The notes beneath the pieces are model-generated. The model was given only the letters and a program-made list of their open reading frames with translations. It did no database searches and was not told the origin of the DNA. A DNA stretch of 64,000 nt from Candidatus Magasanikiibacteriota bacterium (lineage in GTDB: Bacteria; Patescibacteriota; Patescibacteriia; Magasanikbacterales; UBA922), in contig JABIEQ010000010.1 of NCBI GenBank assembly GCA_018651085.1, forward strand, positions 1,688 through 65,687. The letters run 5' to 3'. Made by a program: the position numbers and the translations under genes. Positions 37,295 to 46,753 of this stretch are shown piece after piece. Positions within the stretch are counted from its first letter, which is position 1. Every line of letters begins with the position of its first letter.

Positions 37295-37624
37295 TTATCT
37301 ATTGTCTCCGTTTCCTTGTAGTTTATTTCTTTTTTGGCGAGATGCAAGCTTTTCGAGATTTTCTTTTGCAATGGTTTCTAAAGGAATACCTAATTCAATT
37401 GAAACCTGACTTAGGTACCATAATACATCGCCTAGTTCTTTACCAATGTCTTGTCTTCTTTCTTCACTCATGACACCGTTATTGTCTCTGATTATTTTTT
37501 TTACTTTTCCTGCCACTTCTCCTGCTTCATTTACTAATCCAAGTGTCGGATAGATGATATTTTCTCCTTTATTGGGATAAATAGCCGTTGTTTTTGCTTG
37601 GCTTTGGTATGTAGTAAAATCCAT
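37295..37624 (-). CDS. MazG-like all-alpha NTP pyrophosphohydrolase
   Basis: LGLVNEAGEVAGKVKKIIRD...IGKELGDVLWYLSQVSIELGIPLE matches the EExxE/D MazG core. Lies 15 nt upstream of the NTase gene. Confidence 0.75.
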   Translation of the reverse strand: MDFTTYQSQAKTTAIYPNKGENIIYPTLGLVNEAGEVAGKVKKIIRDNNGVMSEERRQDIGKELGDVLWYLSQVSIELGIPLETIAKENLEKLASRQKRNKLQGNGDNR

Positions 37625-37647
37625 AGTGTTTTATTACGTATTGTCTA

Positions 37648-38940
37648 TTATTTTTTTCTCTCAAGGATGCATAATCCTTCTATATGTGGTGTTCGTGGAA
37701 AGTAATTATACAGTGTTATTGATTTTAGGGTATATAGTTCATGAAGATGCTCTATATCTCTTGCTTGGGTTGTGAGATTACACGATAGATATATAATCTT
37801 TTTTGGAGGTGTGTCTAGTATTTTAGCAATAACATCCTTATGAAGACCTGCCCTTGGTGGGTCTATAATAAGAACATGGTTTTCTGTAATAATTTCTGTG
37901 ATTTTTTCGGCCTCTACACAATGTGCTTCACAGTTTTTGATATTATTACTTTCAATATTTTTCATGGCGTATTCAATGGCTTGTTTGCTACTGTCTATAA
38001 GTGTACATGTTTTATATTTTGTATGTAGTGGTAGACCAATTGATCCTACACCACTATAAAAATCTAATAGATGCGTTTCTGGAGTAAGTTCTTTTTCAAT
38101 ATTTTCAATTGTTTTTGTAAATACAGGAGTGTTTACTTGAAAAAAACTTAGTAATCCGTATGTAAGAGGGGTGTCTTTGATGGGTTCTTTGAGATATTCC
38201 TGTCCTGCCTCATATAAAAGTGCATCAGGTCTTGATGCTGGGCTTTTATGTGTTGAATAGTATATCTTAAATCCTTGTAAACTTTCTTTTATTTCTGGAT
38301 ATTCATCAAAGGCAAGTTTGTCTTTTATAAATAATGCAGCAATGGTATCTCCTTTTTCATTACTTCGTATCACAAGAGATTTTAAACTTCTATGTGGAAT
38401 GGCCATATCATTAATCCATTCAAGAAGGGTTGATGCTGTGTTATTAATAGTTTCGTTCGCAAGTTTACATGGAGAAATAGCAATTCTATTATTTTTTCCT
38501 CTTTCAAAAAAAGCGAATGATACTGTTTGGTCATCTTTTTCTGAAAAACTATATTCAATTTTATTTCTATAGCCGTATTCTTTGTCACTTTTTATTAAAA
38601 TAATGTCTGCAGGAATGTTGTAGCTTGTGAACTTTTCGTATACTTCTTTTGCAATATTTTTCTTCCATGCTTCTTCTTCCTCTATGGTCATTATTTGCCA
38701 AGGGCTACATGATAGATAATGATCTGATATAGGATCTTGTCTTTTGTCTGAGGCTTCTATGATTTTGAGAATTTTTGCTTCAAAGTAGTTTCCTTTTTTC
38801 TTTTTTTTAAGGAGTTCTATTTCTACTTTTTCTCCTGGAAGAGCACCCCAAATAAAAACGACTTGTCCGTCGTTAAGTTTAGCAAGCGCTTGGCCTCCAA
38901 ATATAAGTTTTTCTATTGTTACAATGTGAATATTTTCCAT
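37648..38940 (-). CDS. 23S rRNA (uracil-5)-methyltransferase RlmD/RumA-like (TRAM plus SAM methyltransferase)
   Basis: N-terminal TRAM-like beta domain. FFQVN. LLDFYSGVGSIGLPL. VLIIDPPRAGL. C-terminal CILERKK-like end. Confidence 0.8.
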   Translation of the reverse strand: MENIHIVTIEKLIFGGQALAKLNDGQVVFIWGALPGEKVEIELLKKKKKGNYFEAKILKIIEASDKRQDPISDHYLSCSPWQIMTIEEEEAWKKNIAKEVYEKFTSYNIPADIILIKSDKEYGYRNKIEYSFSEKDDQTVSFAFFERGKNNRIAISPCKLANETINNTASTLLEWINDMAIPHRSLKSLVIRSNEKGDTIAALFIKDKLAFDEYPEIKESLQGFKIYYSTHKSPASRPDALLYEAGQEYLKEPIKDTPLTYGLLSFFQVNTPVFTKTIENIEKELTPETHLLDFYSGVGSIGLPLHTKYKTCTLIDSSKQAIEYAMKNIESNNIKNCEAHCVEAEKITEIITENHVLIIDPPRAGLHKDVIAKILDTPPKKIIYLSCNLTTQARDIEHLHELYTLKSITLYNYFPRTPHIEGLCILERKK

Positions 38941-38995
38941 ATGGTATTGATTGTGTTATGTCTTGATAAAAATCTTAAATAGATATGAGATTTTT

Positions 38996-39460
38996 TTATA
39001 CTAGTGTCTTTATTTTTTCTTTTATTATGATAAGTAGTTCTTGAGGATTTTGTACAAGGGTAGCATTACTTTTTTTTAACATTTCTATGTTTCCTAAGCC
39101 CCAAGACACTGCTAATGTTGATATGTTTGCTTCTTTTGCAAGATGCACATCACGTGCAGTGTCTGTCACCATAAGACACGTTTTGGGGGCTACATTGTAT
39201 TCATAACAAACCTCAAGCATTTGGTCGGTTTTGTTTTTGTTTGGTTCTCCCCCTATAACATGAGTAAATACCGTATTAAGTTTCCATAGGTTGATTTGTT
39301 CTTCTATAGTGCTTTTTGAAAGGGAAGAAACAATTACAAGAATATGGTTTTTGGTAAGTTCTTTTACTATCGTATCCATATATTCTACTAGGCCATTTTT
39401 TGTTTTGAATTTTCCGGTTGAAAGAAGTACTCCTACAACATCAAAAAAAATAATTTGCAT
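38996..39460 (-). CDS. HAD-superfamily hydrolase-like protein (motif I degenerate: DVVG)
   Basis: IIFFDVVGVLL has motif I with the second Asp replaced. Motif II and III-like VIVSS and KTD are present. Confidence 0.6.
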   Translation of the reverse strand: MQIIFFDVVGVLLSTGKFKTKNGLVEYMDTIVKELTKNHILVIVSSLSKSTIEEQINLWKLNTVFTHVIGGEPNKNKTDQMLEVCYEYNVAPKTCLMVTDTARDVHLAKEANISTLAVSWGLGNIEMLKKSNATLVQNPQELLIIIKEKIKTLV

Positions 39461-39550
39461 ATGGAGTATTATTTCACATTTTTTTGTAAAAAGAAAACGA
39501 CCAATTTTGTCGTTTTCTTTAGATCTTTACTATCAATATTATTTCATAGC

Positions 39551-39600
39551 ATAGATCTCCTCGGTCAGCGCGTAGGGAGCTACGCGCTGACCTGGTTGAG
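39551..39600. terminator. two GC-rich hairpins (ggtcagcgcgta-gggagc-tacgcgctgacc; gaggaggc..gcctcctc) downstream of islet F gene
   Basis: 12-bp perfect stem plus a second 8-bp stem. Confidence 0.5.
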
Positions 39601-39609
39601 GAGGCCTGT

Positions 39610-40272
39610 TCATGGTTGAGCCTCCTCCTTCCCCTTGTTGGTGTCGATTTTTTTTGTGCCTACGACGACTTTTCCTCTTTTGAAGATGATATCGAATCGG
39701 GTTGCCCCTCGTCTCATCTTCTGGATGTCGGGCTTCAATAAGGTAAGCCTCACGCTTTTTCCCAGTCCGTCGGGGTTAAAGGTGAAACGTCGTTTCATCT
39801 CAGCTCCATGCAGTCCCTCAGGTGCTTCGAAGCGAATAAACACTTGGAGAGGTTCGTGCATACCGCCGCCTGCGAGTAGCATGGTGCGTCCTCCTTGAGA
39901 AGTCACGCTGTATATGAAGACGGTGTGCCCTTTGGCTACTGCATCTTCGAGTACAAACATTCTTTCTTCAGTTTGAACAGCCCTCTTCTGGAGTCCTTCC
40001 ATCATGTTCTCGAGTTGTCCGATCTTCTCGAGAAGGGTGATCGCTTCAGAAGACAGCTCTTCAGGCTCTTCCTCTGGTACGACCTCCATGATGCTTGCCA
40101 GAGCATCTTGTTGGGCTTTCAGGATGGTCTTGATGACTTCTCCTTTTTTGCCCTTTGGAGACACTCCTAAACTTTCGGCGATTTGCCTTACATAGGTGGC
40201 GTCTTCGTTTCCCTTGGCCTTGCTTTGGCCTAAGGTGAGTCCTTTGAGCTCTTGCTCGGTCCACTCTTTCAT
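39610..40272 (-). CDS. hypothetical protein with Rho_N/SAP-like N-terminal motif (GC-rich islet F)
   Basis: ATYVRQIAESLGVSPKGKKGEVIKTILKAQQ resembles the Rho N-terminal helix-hairpin. A beta-rich C-terminal half follows. About 50 % GC versus AT-rich flanks. Confidence 0.5.
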   Translation of the reverse strand: MKEWTEQELKGLTLGQSKAKGNEDATYVRQIAESLGVSPKGKKGEVIKTILKAQQDALASIMEVVPEEEPEELSSEAITLLEKIGQLENMMEGLQKRAVQTEERMFVLEDAVAKGHTVFIYSVTSQGGRTMLLAGGGMHEPLQVFIRFEAPEGLHGAEMKRRFTFNPDGLGKSVRLTLLKPDIQKMRRGATRFDIIFKRGKVVVGTKKIDTNKGKEEAQP

Positions 40273-40461
40273 GGCTTAACCTCCTTGTGGTTAGCCGGTT
40301 GATCTAAGGGGAAAGCAGTATATATATATGTATCTATATACAACATCCACCTTAGCTTTGGCCGACAGATCAAATTAACATGATATTGGTGTTTTTGTCA
40401 ATATCTTTTACTTCTTGTTTGAGGTATACTTTTTGTATAGTTTTTTAATATATAAGGAGAT

Positions 40462-41496
40462 ATGCGCATATTAATATATATAGGGCTTGTTGCTTCTTTT
40501 TGTCTTTGTGGTTTTTCAGTTCAAGCAGTAACGGGGACTGTATCATCTCATGCTAAACTGCGGGTGGCTGCCTTAGAAGGGGCTTCAATTACAAGATTAG
40601 TCATTAAAGGATCTTCTGTTGATGTGTTAGAAGAAGTGGGAGATTGGGTGAAAATTCGAACATCAAGTGGGGGAGTAGGATGGATTCCTAGTAGGTCTAT
40701 TATCTTTTCTTCTGTTTTACAAAAGAATGTAGAAAGTGTTCCAATTTTTTCTTTATCAGAATCATCTGGAGTGTTTTTGTATAATTCGCGTATTCGAGAG
40801 GGTGGTTCTTTAGATCATCGGATTATTCGTATTGTTGGAAAAGGAAAAAAAGTAACTATTCTTCAAGAAAAGAGTGGTTGGTATGAAGTATCTTCAGAAG
40901 GGTTACGAGGATGGGCCGCTTCTTGGTTGTTGCAAAAAGAAGACGGTGTGGATGTACCCTCACAGGTGTTAGGCGTTAAGATTGGAGATATTCCAAGTAC
41001 TGCTCCTACAGGCATTAATGAAGATGCGCTTAATCGTTATTGGTTAAATCAAATTAATATACTTCGGAAACAACGAGGCCTTCGTTTGTTATTTTTAGAT
41101 GATCGTTGGCGGGTGACTGCTCATGAGTATGCACAAATTATGACTCAATATGGATATCGAGCTCACCAAAGACCTGATGGAAAGAGTATGCATAAATGGA
41201 TTGATACAAAAGGGCTTGATTTTACGGTGCGAAATAGCTCTGGTGGTTGGGTAGGCAATTATTTTACAGAAAATCTTACTTGGGGGCGTGTGTCTCAATC
41301 AACAGACAGTGTGAAACGGAAGCTTGATAGTACGTTGGCATTCTTTTTAGGGGAAGCGTCATATAATGGTGCGCATTATCGTACTATTTATCACGAAGAT
41401 TGGAATAGTGTTGGTTTAGGGTTTGATTATGTTGATAAAGGAAATGGTATGTATGATATAAGTGTTGTGATGCATTATGGAAGTTTACAATTGTAG
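40462..41496 (+). CDS. secreted protein with two SH3b domains and a C-terminal CAP/SCP (PR-1-like) domain
   Basis: Signal peptide. SH3b repeats ..VDVLEEVGDWVKIRTSSGGVGWIP and ..VTILQEKSGWYEVSSEGLRGWAASWLL. CAP motifs HYRTIYHEDWNSVGLGF. aaggaga SD. Confidence 0.75.
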   Translation: MRILIYIGLVASFCLCGFSVQAVTGTVSSHAKLRVAALEGASITRLVIKGSSVDVLEEVGDWVKIRTSSGGVGWIPSRSIIFSSVLQKNVESVPIFSLSESSGVFLYNSRIREGGSLDHRIIRIVGKGKKVTILQEKSGWYEVSSEGLRGWAASWLLQKEDGVDVPSQVLGVKIGDIPSTAPTGINEDALNRYWLNQINILRKQRGLRLLFLDDRWRVTAHEYAQIMTQYGYRAHQRPDGKSMHKWIDTKGLDFTVRNSSGGWVGNYFTENLTWGRVSQSTDSVKRKLDSTLAFFLGEASYNGAHYRTIYHEDWNSVGLGFDYVDKGNGMYDISVVMHYGSLQL

Positions 41497-41540
41497 TGTT
41501 AACAGATAAAAAAACACCAGCAGATTGCTGGTGTTTTTAA

Positions 41541-41945
41541 TTATTCTGTTTTTGGTTTGAAATCTAGTGCAATGGAGTTAATACAAAATCTATTTCCACT
41601 TTTTCCTGGTCCGTCAGGAAAGACATGACCAAGATGAGAATTGCAATGTTTGCATCGTACCTCTGTTCGTACCATGCCGTGGGTAGAATCTTCTTCTAAA
41701 ATAATATGTTCTTTATTTATTGGATCAGTGAAGCTTGGCCATCCAGATCCAGATTCGAATTTTGTGTTTGAAGAAAAAAGTTCGTTGTTACATGCACCAC
41801 ATACATACATGCCATCTTCTTTATGTTTGTAGTATTTTCCAGTAAAAGGAGATTCTGTACCGGATTGCCGTAATACTTGATATTGTTCTTGCGAAAGTTT
41901 TTCTTTCCAATCTTCTTCACTATGGTGAGGTGTTTGTGTATCCAT
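41541..41945 (-). CDS. msrB: peptide-methionine (R)-S-oxide reductase
   Basis: Zn-binding CxxC pairs CGACNN / CKHCNSH. Catalytic RCKHCNSHLGHVFPDG. Confidence 0.9.
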   Translation of the reverse strand: MDTQTPHHSEEDWKEKLSQEQYQVLRQSGTESPFTGKYYKHKEDGMYVCGACNNELFSSNTKFESGSGWPSFTDPINKEHIILEEDSTHGMVRTEVRCKHCNSHLGHVFPDGPGKSGNRFCINSIALDFKPKTE

Positions 41946-41978
41946 ATGTTATGTGTAGAGATGATTTATTTGGGTAGT

Positions 41979-43439
41979 TTACGCGATTATTTTCCCAAGA
42001 TCAAGTTCATTTGTAAACGTAATTTTTTCTACAAATTCTGGCATATGGCTCACCATAATCATAGCCCCTTCGTATGCATCAAGAGCTTTTGCAATAACAG
42101 GAAGATGTCTGAAATTTACGTGATTTGTTGGTTCATCAAAGATGAGGAGTCCTGGTCCTTGTAAGGCAAAGCGAGCAAATGAAAGGAGTGCTTTTTGTCC
42201 TTCGGAATAGGTTCCAACTTCGTTATGGAGAATATTTCCTGGAATAAGAAATTGTGCTGCAGTTCTGAAAATAGTTTCTTTATCACCTATTTCCATTACT
42301 CGTTCGAGTGAATTATATCCTGTTTCAGAAAAATCTAGACCAGAAAAATCTTGGCGATAATAACCAACTTTCACTGTTTCTTCTAAGACGGCTCCTTTTT
42401 CTTTGTTGTTTGCAAGCCTTTCTAAAAGTGTACTTTTCCCTACACCGTTTGGTCCTTTAATTAATAGTTTCTGTCCTTTTCGTAATTCGATATTTACTTC
42501 TTTTTCTATTGTTTCATGATTTTTCATTGCGGTCACTGAAGTAATTGTTACGATAGGTTTTGTCATGTGTTGTGCTGGGATGGTGAAAGGAACAATAGTA
42601 CGATCTTCCTGACGGACACCGACCATGTTTTCTTCAGCATCTCCAATTTCCTCTTTTAATTTACTTGCAAGCTTTCTCATTTTTCCTCCTTTATATGAGA
42701 AGAAGTTTACTTTGTCTTTTTTATCTTGAATTTCTTTTTTGAGTTGTGCATTTTTTCTTTGTTCTTTTTCAATGCGGGATTTCACTTGTTCTAATACATC
42801 AGAATAGTTTCCTTTATACTGTTCTATTTTTTTACTAAAGACATCAAGATACAAAACACCATCTGTAAATGCATTTAAAAAGTTTTCGTCATGAGAAACT
42901 ACGATTACAGTTTTTTCATACATCATTAAGAAAGCAGTAAGGTATCCAATTCCTTCATCATCAAGATTATTTGTGGGCTCATCAAGAAGGAGAATATCAG
43001 GTTTTTGTATGAGTGCGTGTCCAAGTAATAGTCTTGCTTGTTGTCCTCCTGAAAGATCTTTAATTTTCTTTTCATGAGGTACAGAAAAGTTCACAATCTG
43101 TAGGGCATCATCAATCAGCTTTGGTAGGTTGTGTTTTTTTTCTTCAAATGCTGATTCAAAAAATTCAATTACAGTTTTTTCCATGTGTACTTCTTCCATT
43201 ACTTGTTTTGCTATAGCAACTGTCGCACCATCAGTAACATGAAGAGAACCTTTTGTTGGGGTAACTTCTTTTGTGATTAACTTAAATAGGGTACTTTTCC
43301 CTGCACCATTTTGTCCCATGATGGTGATTTTATTGTTTTCTCGTATAGAAAAATTAACCTCATCTAGAACGGTCTTTTTGTCTGAGTATCCAAATGTGAG
43401 ATTCTCAAAGCGAAGGATAACGGTTTCTTGTGTGTTCAT
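41979..43439 (-). CDS. ABC-F family ATPase (tandem NBDs, no TMD)
   Basis: Walker A GQNGAGKSTLFKLI and GPNGVGKSTLLERL. Two LSGG signatures. Inter-domain linker present. Start may be upstream at 43520. Confidence 0.8.
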   Translation of the reverse strand: MNTQETVILRFENLTFGYSDKKTVLDEVNFSIRENNKITIMGQNGAGKSTLFKLITKEVTPTKGSLHVTDGATVAIAKQVMEEVHMEKTVIEFFESAFEEKKHNLPKLIDDALQIVNFSVPHEKKIKDLSGGQQARLLLGHALIQKPDILLLDEPTNNLDDEGIGYLTAFLMMYEKTVIVVSHDENFLNAFTDGVLYLDVFSKKIEQYKGNYSDVLEQVKSRIEKEQRKNAQLKKEIQDKKDKVNFFSYKGGKMRKLASKLKEEIGDAEENMVGVRQEDRTIVPFTIPAQHMTKPIVTITSVTAMKNHETIEKEVNIELRKGQKLLIKGPNGVGKSTLLERLANNKEKGAVLEETVKVGYYRQDFSGLDFSETGYNSLERVMEIGDKETIFRTAAQFLIPGNILHNEVGTYSEGQKALLSFARFALQGPGLLIFDEPTNHVNFRHLPVIAKALDAYEGAMIMVSHMPEFVEKITFTNELDLGKIIA

Positions 43440-43483
43440 AGGTATATTATTTTTGCTAATTTTAGCTTTACCTAGCACTTTTG

Positions 43484-43933
43484 TCAAGTGTTTTCTATGT
43501 GTTTTTTTAAAATGTTCCAATATTTCTCCATATCTTCTTTTACACCTGGATGCATAGGTGTTGGTAGATTATTAAGAGAAAACCAGCCAATTTCGTCGAC
43601 ATTTTGAGGCTCTCCTATCTTTTCTTCTCCTTTTTGTATGCGTACAATAAAAGGAATAATAAGCCAATGTCTTTTTTTTCCATTTGTTTTACCGAAAAAT
43701 GAGTTTGTTGGAAGTTGTTTTTCTATTATCCCTTCACAACCATATTCTTCTTTTAGTTCACGAAGGAGTCCTTCCTCTACCGTTTCTCCGAATTCGAGTT
43801 GGCCACCGCCACAGTCCCATGTGTTATGTTCATCTCTACAATTTTGGCTTCTTTTGTGAAATAGAAAGTTTCCTTCTCCATCATGACAGAAAAATGCGGT
43901 GGAGATCCCAATATAATTAATTCCTGGTTGCAT
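43484..43933 (-). CDS. NUDIX hydrolase
   Basis: Nudix box GGGQLEFGETVEEGLLRELKEEYG. Confidence 0.75.
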   Translation of the reverse strand: MQPGINYIGISTAFFCHDGEGNFLFHKRSQNCRDEHNTWDCGGGQLEFGETVEEGLLRELKEEYGCEGIIEKQLPTNSFFGKTNGKKRHWLIIPFIVRIQKGEEKIGEPQNVDEIGWFSLNNLPTPMHPGVKEDMEKYWNILKKHIENT

Positions 43934-43942
43934 ATATACGTA

Positions 43943-45214
43943 TTATTTTGAAATGAAGTAGTGTTTTGTTTGGGTGTAAATAAGTGCTGGAAATAACCAG
44001 AAAAGAATACTTAAATCATTTTTGATGTATGGGGAATCAACGAGACCCATGATCAATATAACAATGAAAGAAGCACATAGATATGCGGCTTCTTTTTTTT
44101 GTACGTATAAGAGTGTTGAAATAATAATACACAAAAAACCAATGAACCCAATGATTCCAACATTAACCCATATGGTTAAAAATAGATTGTGTGGATGGTG
44201 AAATATTTCTATACCTTCTCCATGTACAAGTGTGTGGTAGGGCTTAATTTGTGTGGTGTATGATGCTAGCCCGGCACCCGTTATAGGGTAGTCTTGAAGT
44301 AAATGAAGAGTGTCCTCCCACATAGATATTCTAATTTGTCCTGACCTATCTTGCGCTAAAACTTCTTGTTTTATTGTGTGTTCTGTTGGTAAAAGTATGA
44401 AAATTGTGATACCAATTATTCCTATAACTATAGCGAAGAGTCTTGTTTTTTTGTGAACAAAAAGTAATAGACCGCAAGCACCAATGATACCAATAATCGC
44501 TCCTGTTGATTTTGCATATATGATTGCAAGAATCATTAATGGTATCGCTACACTAGATATAATTACTCTTATGTAATCAGTTGTTGTTTTTTTTGTTTTA
44601 TTCCATCCTGTTTTTACGAGAAACATAGCCATGATGACGAGAGGTCCCAGAAATAATCCAACACCATTTGGAAACCCATACCAGGCTGTTACACGAAAAG
44701 TTTCTCTGTTTTCCCAAAAAGCATACGGGACCATCCATCCTGTAAAATGTTGGTATATGGCAAGAATACTTGTGATTATTCCAATGCTTACAAGACTAAA
44801 AAGGATGTTGTGTAGATTTTTTTTTGTTTGTATTGTTGTTATTGTAATGAAGAAAACTAGTATAGGTTCAATATAGAATGCTCGCCACTCACCAAGAGCC
44901 GCAAGGATATCAATTGCTATAAATATATTTATGCTTGCCCCTAGAAAAAATAAGAGTATTCCTAAAGAGAGAAGTTTTTTTGTTTGTATTCCATGAAGAA
45001 TAGTTTTTTGTATGTTTTTTTTGTCTTTTATTAGCCAAATAATGGCTAGTATAAGTATTGTTATTTCAAGAAGTGTCGTTGGTATTATGCCAATGCTAAA
45101 ACGGATTAAGTATGTTGGTAGAAGAAAGCAAAGTACAATAAGCCCGTGCATGCGGTTACGCCAACTGAGTATTCCAAAAAAAATACTGTAGATACTGATT
45201 AAGAAAATACCCAT
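43943..45214 (-). CDS. O-antigen ligase/polymerase (Wzy_C)-like polytopic membrane protein
   Basis: 423 aa with about 10 TMs and a large periplasmic loop. Composition is typical of the WaaL/Wzy family. Confidence 0.5.
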   Translation of the reverse strand: MGIFLISIYSIFFGILSWRNRMHGLIVLCFLLPTYLIRFSIGIIPTTLLEITILILAIIWLIKDKKNIQKTILHGIQTKKLLSLGILLFFLGASINIFIAIDILAALGEWRAFYIEPILVFFITITTIQTKKNLHNILFSLVSIGIITSILAIYQHFTGWMVPYAFWENRETFRVTAWYGFPNGVGLFLGPLVIMAMFLVKTGWNKTKKTTTDYIRVIISSVAIPLMILAIIYAKSTGAIIGIIGACGLLLFVHKKTRLFAIVIGIIGITIFILLPTEHTIKQEVLAQDRSGQIRISMWEDTLHLLQDYPITGAGLASYTTQIKPYHTLVHGEGIEIFHHPHNLFLTIWVNVGIIGFIGFLCIIISTLLYVQKKEAAYLCASFIVILIMGLVDSPYIKNDLSILFWLFPALIYTQTKHYFISK

Positions 45215-45216
45215 AT

Positions 45217-46656
45217 TTATTGTTGCTTTTTAATAGACAACATTTGTTTAATGGTTGTTTTATTGATTCCTCCAATTGCATAAAGTACACCACCGTAAAC
45301 ACCTGTTCCAATAATAATAAGGGCTACAATGTTTAAGGATGTACAAAAGGTAAGTGTAATTCCCATTACTGCTGTTGCAATTATTGCTTTTAAGAAGGTT
45401 ATAAAGTTTAGGCGTGTTTTACTGTAGTACCAAATTGCAAGAAAAAGAAGAATGCCGGCGTATAATTCAGAGAAGACTGTCATCCATGCGGCTCCTTTCA
45501 TACCAAACGGAGGAATGAAAATAAGGTATCCAATAAGTGTAATAATGGCATTACTTGCATAAATCCAAAGTGTTGCTCGTTGTTTATTTATAGCAACTGC
45601 TGTGTGACCAAATACGGCACCAAGATAAATACCAAATAGTCCAATTGCTAAAATACGAAGTGGTGTAGCTGAGGCAATAAACTCTTCATTACCAAAAAAA
45701 GCTACAATATCATCCGCAATGACTATGATACCTACTATTGCTGGCAAAATGAATATCATTAACGCATCAAATGCTTGTTGGAGGTATTTTTTGAAGAAGT
45801 CTTTGTTGTTTCGTGTCCAGTGAAATGCAAGAAGAGGTAAGAAAATACCAACAATCATCATGGCAAGTTGTGTGAGAATATCAAGTACACGATATGCTGC
45901 ACCATAAATTCCAACATCTGTTTGTGTGTGAAATTTTGCCAGAAGGAGAATGTCTCCTTTTAAATAAATAACATTACATAAAATTGCTATGGCAATTGGC
46001 CACATTTTTGTAAAAATGGCTTTCATTATTGGGGCGTCAAATCGAAACCGTACGTTTGTTTGTGTTCTTGTCACGCCGTAACTAATAAGGGTATATACAA
46101 TACTTGCTCCGGCGACGACCCACATGAATGGTAAAAATGTTGCATTACCAAGAATAAGTAAAAATACTCCAACCATAAGAAATAATCGACCAATAACTTC
46201 TCCAATCGCCTGAATGTGCATTTGAAGTTTTGTCTGGTGATATCCGACAAATATTTGATTCATGGTGATTGCAAAGAAGGAAATGCTTGTAAAAAGGATG
46301 GCTGTCTTTACTTCTTGTGGGTAGTTACCAAAAAATGGGACAAAAAGAGGTATGGTTGGAATAATAAGAAAAAAGAGTAAGGCACTTACAAATCGAAAGC
46401 CGAGTAAATTTTGAAAGAGATGTTCTTTATTAAATTTTGTTTCATTTAGCATGCTTGCAGTAACGGGAATCATACCAAAATCAATAATGATTCCTGCAAA
46501 GCCAAGATAAGAAATGACCGTGGTATACCATCCAAACTGTTCAGCACCAAGGTACCTTGTCATCATTAATAAGGCTGCAAGGCCAAAGATTGTTGCAATG
46601 ACTTTTCCTATTATTTGAACGAGGGTATTTTGTGCAAGTTTTTGTGTTGTTGACAT
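45217..46656 (-). CDS. MOP-superfamily polysaccharide/lipid-linked oligosaccharide flippase (Wzx-like)
   Basis: 479 aa with 12-14 TMs. N-terminus LAQNTLVQIIGKVIATIFGLAALLMMTRYLGAEQFG is typical of PST-family flippases. Confidence 0.7.
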   Translation of the reverse strand: MSTTQKLAQNTLVQIIGKVIATIFGLAALLMMTRYLGAEQFGWYTTVISYLGFAGIIIDFGMIPVTASMLNETKFNKEHLFQNLLGFRFVSALLFFLIIPTIPLFVPFFGNYPQEVKTAILFTSISFFAITMNQIFVGYHQTKLQMHIQAIGEVIGRLFLMVGVFLLILGNATFLPFMWVVAGASIVYTLISYGVTRTQTNVRFRFDAPIMKAIFTKMWPIAIAILCNVIYLKGDILLLAKFHTQTDVGIYGAAYRVLDILTQLAMMIVGIFLPLLAFHWTRNNKDFFKKYLQQAFDALMIFILPAIVGIIVIADDIVAFFGNEEFIASATPLRILAIGLFGIYLGAVFGHTAVAINKQRATLWIYASNAIITLIGYLIFIPPFGMKGAAWMTVFSELYAGILLFLAIWYYSKTRLNFITFLKAIIATAVMGITLTFCTSLNIVALIIIGTGVYGGVLYAIGGINKTTIKQMLSIKKQQ

Positions 46657-46753
46657 AGTGCTACGACTATATCATGTGTAATGGGAAAAATCAATAAAAA
46701 TTGCTTTGTATAGCTATTTTTTGTCTAATTTTGTTGAGTGAAATATCACACTC

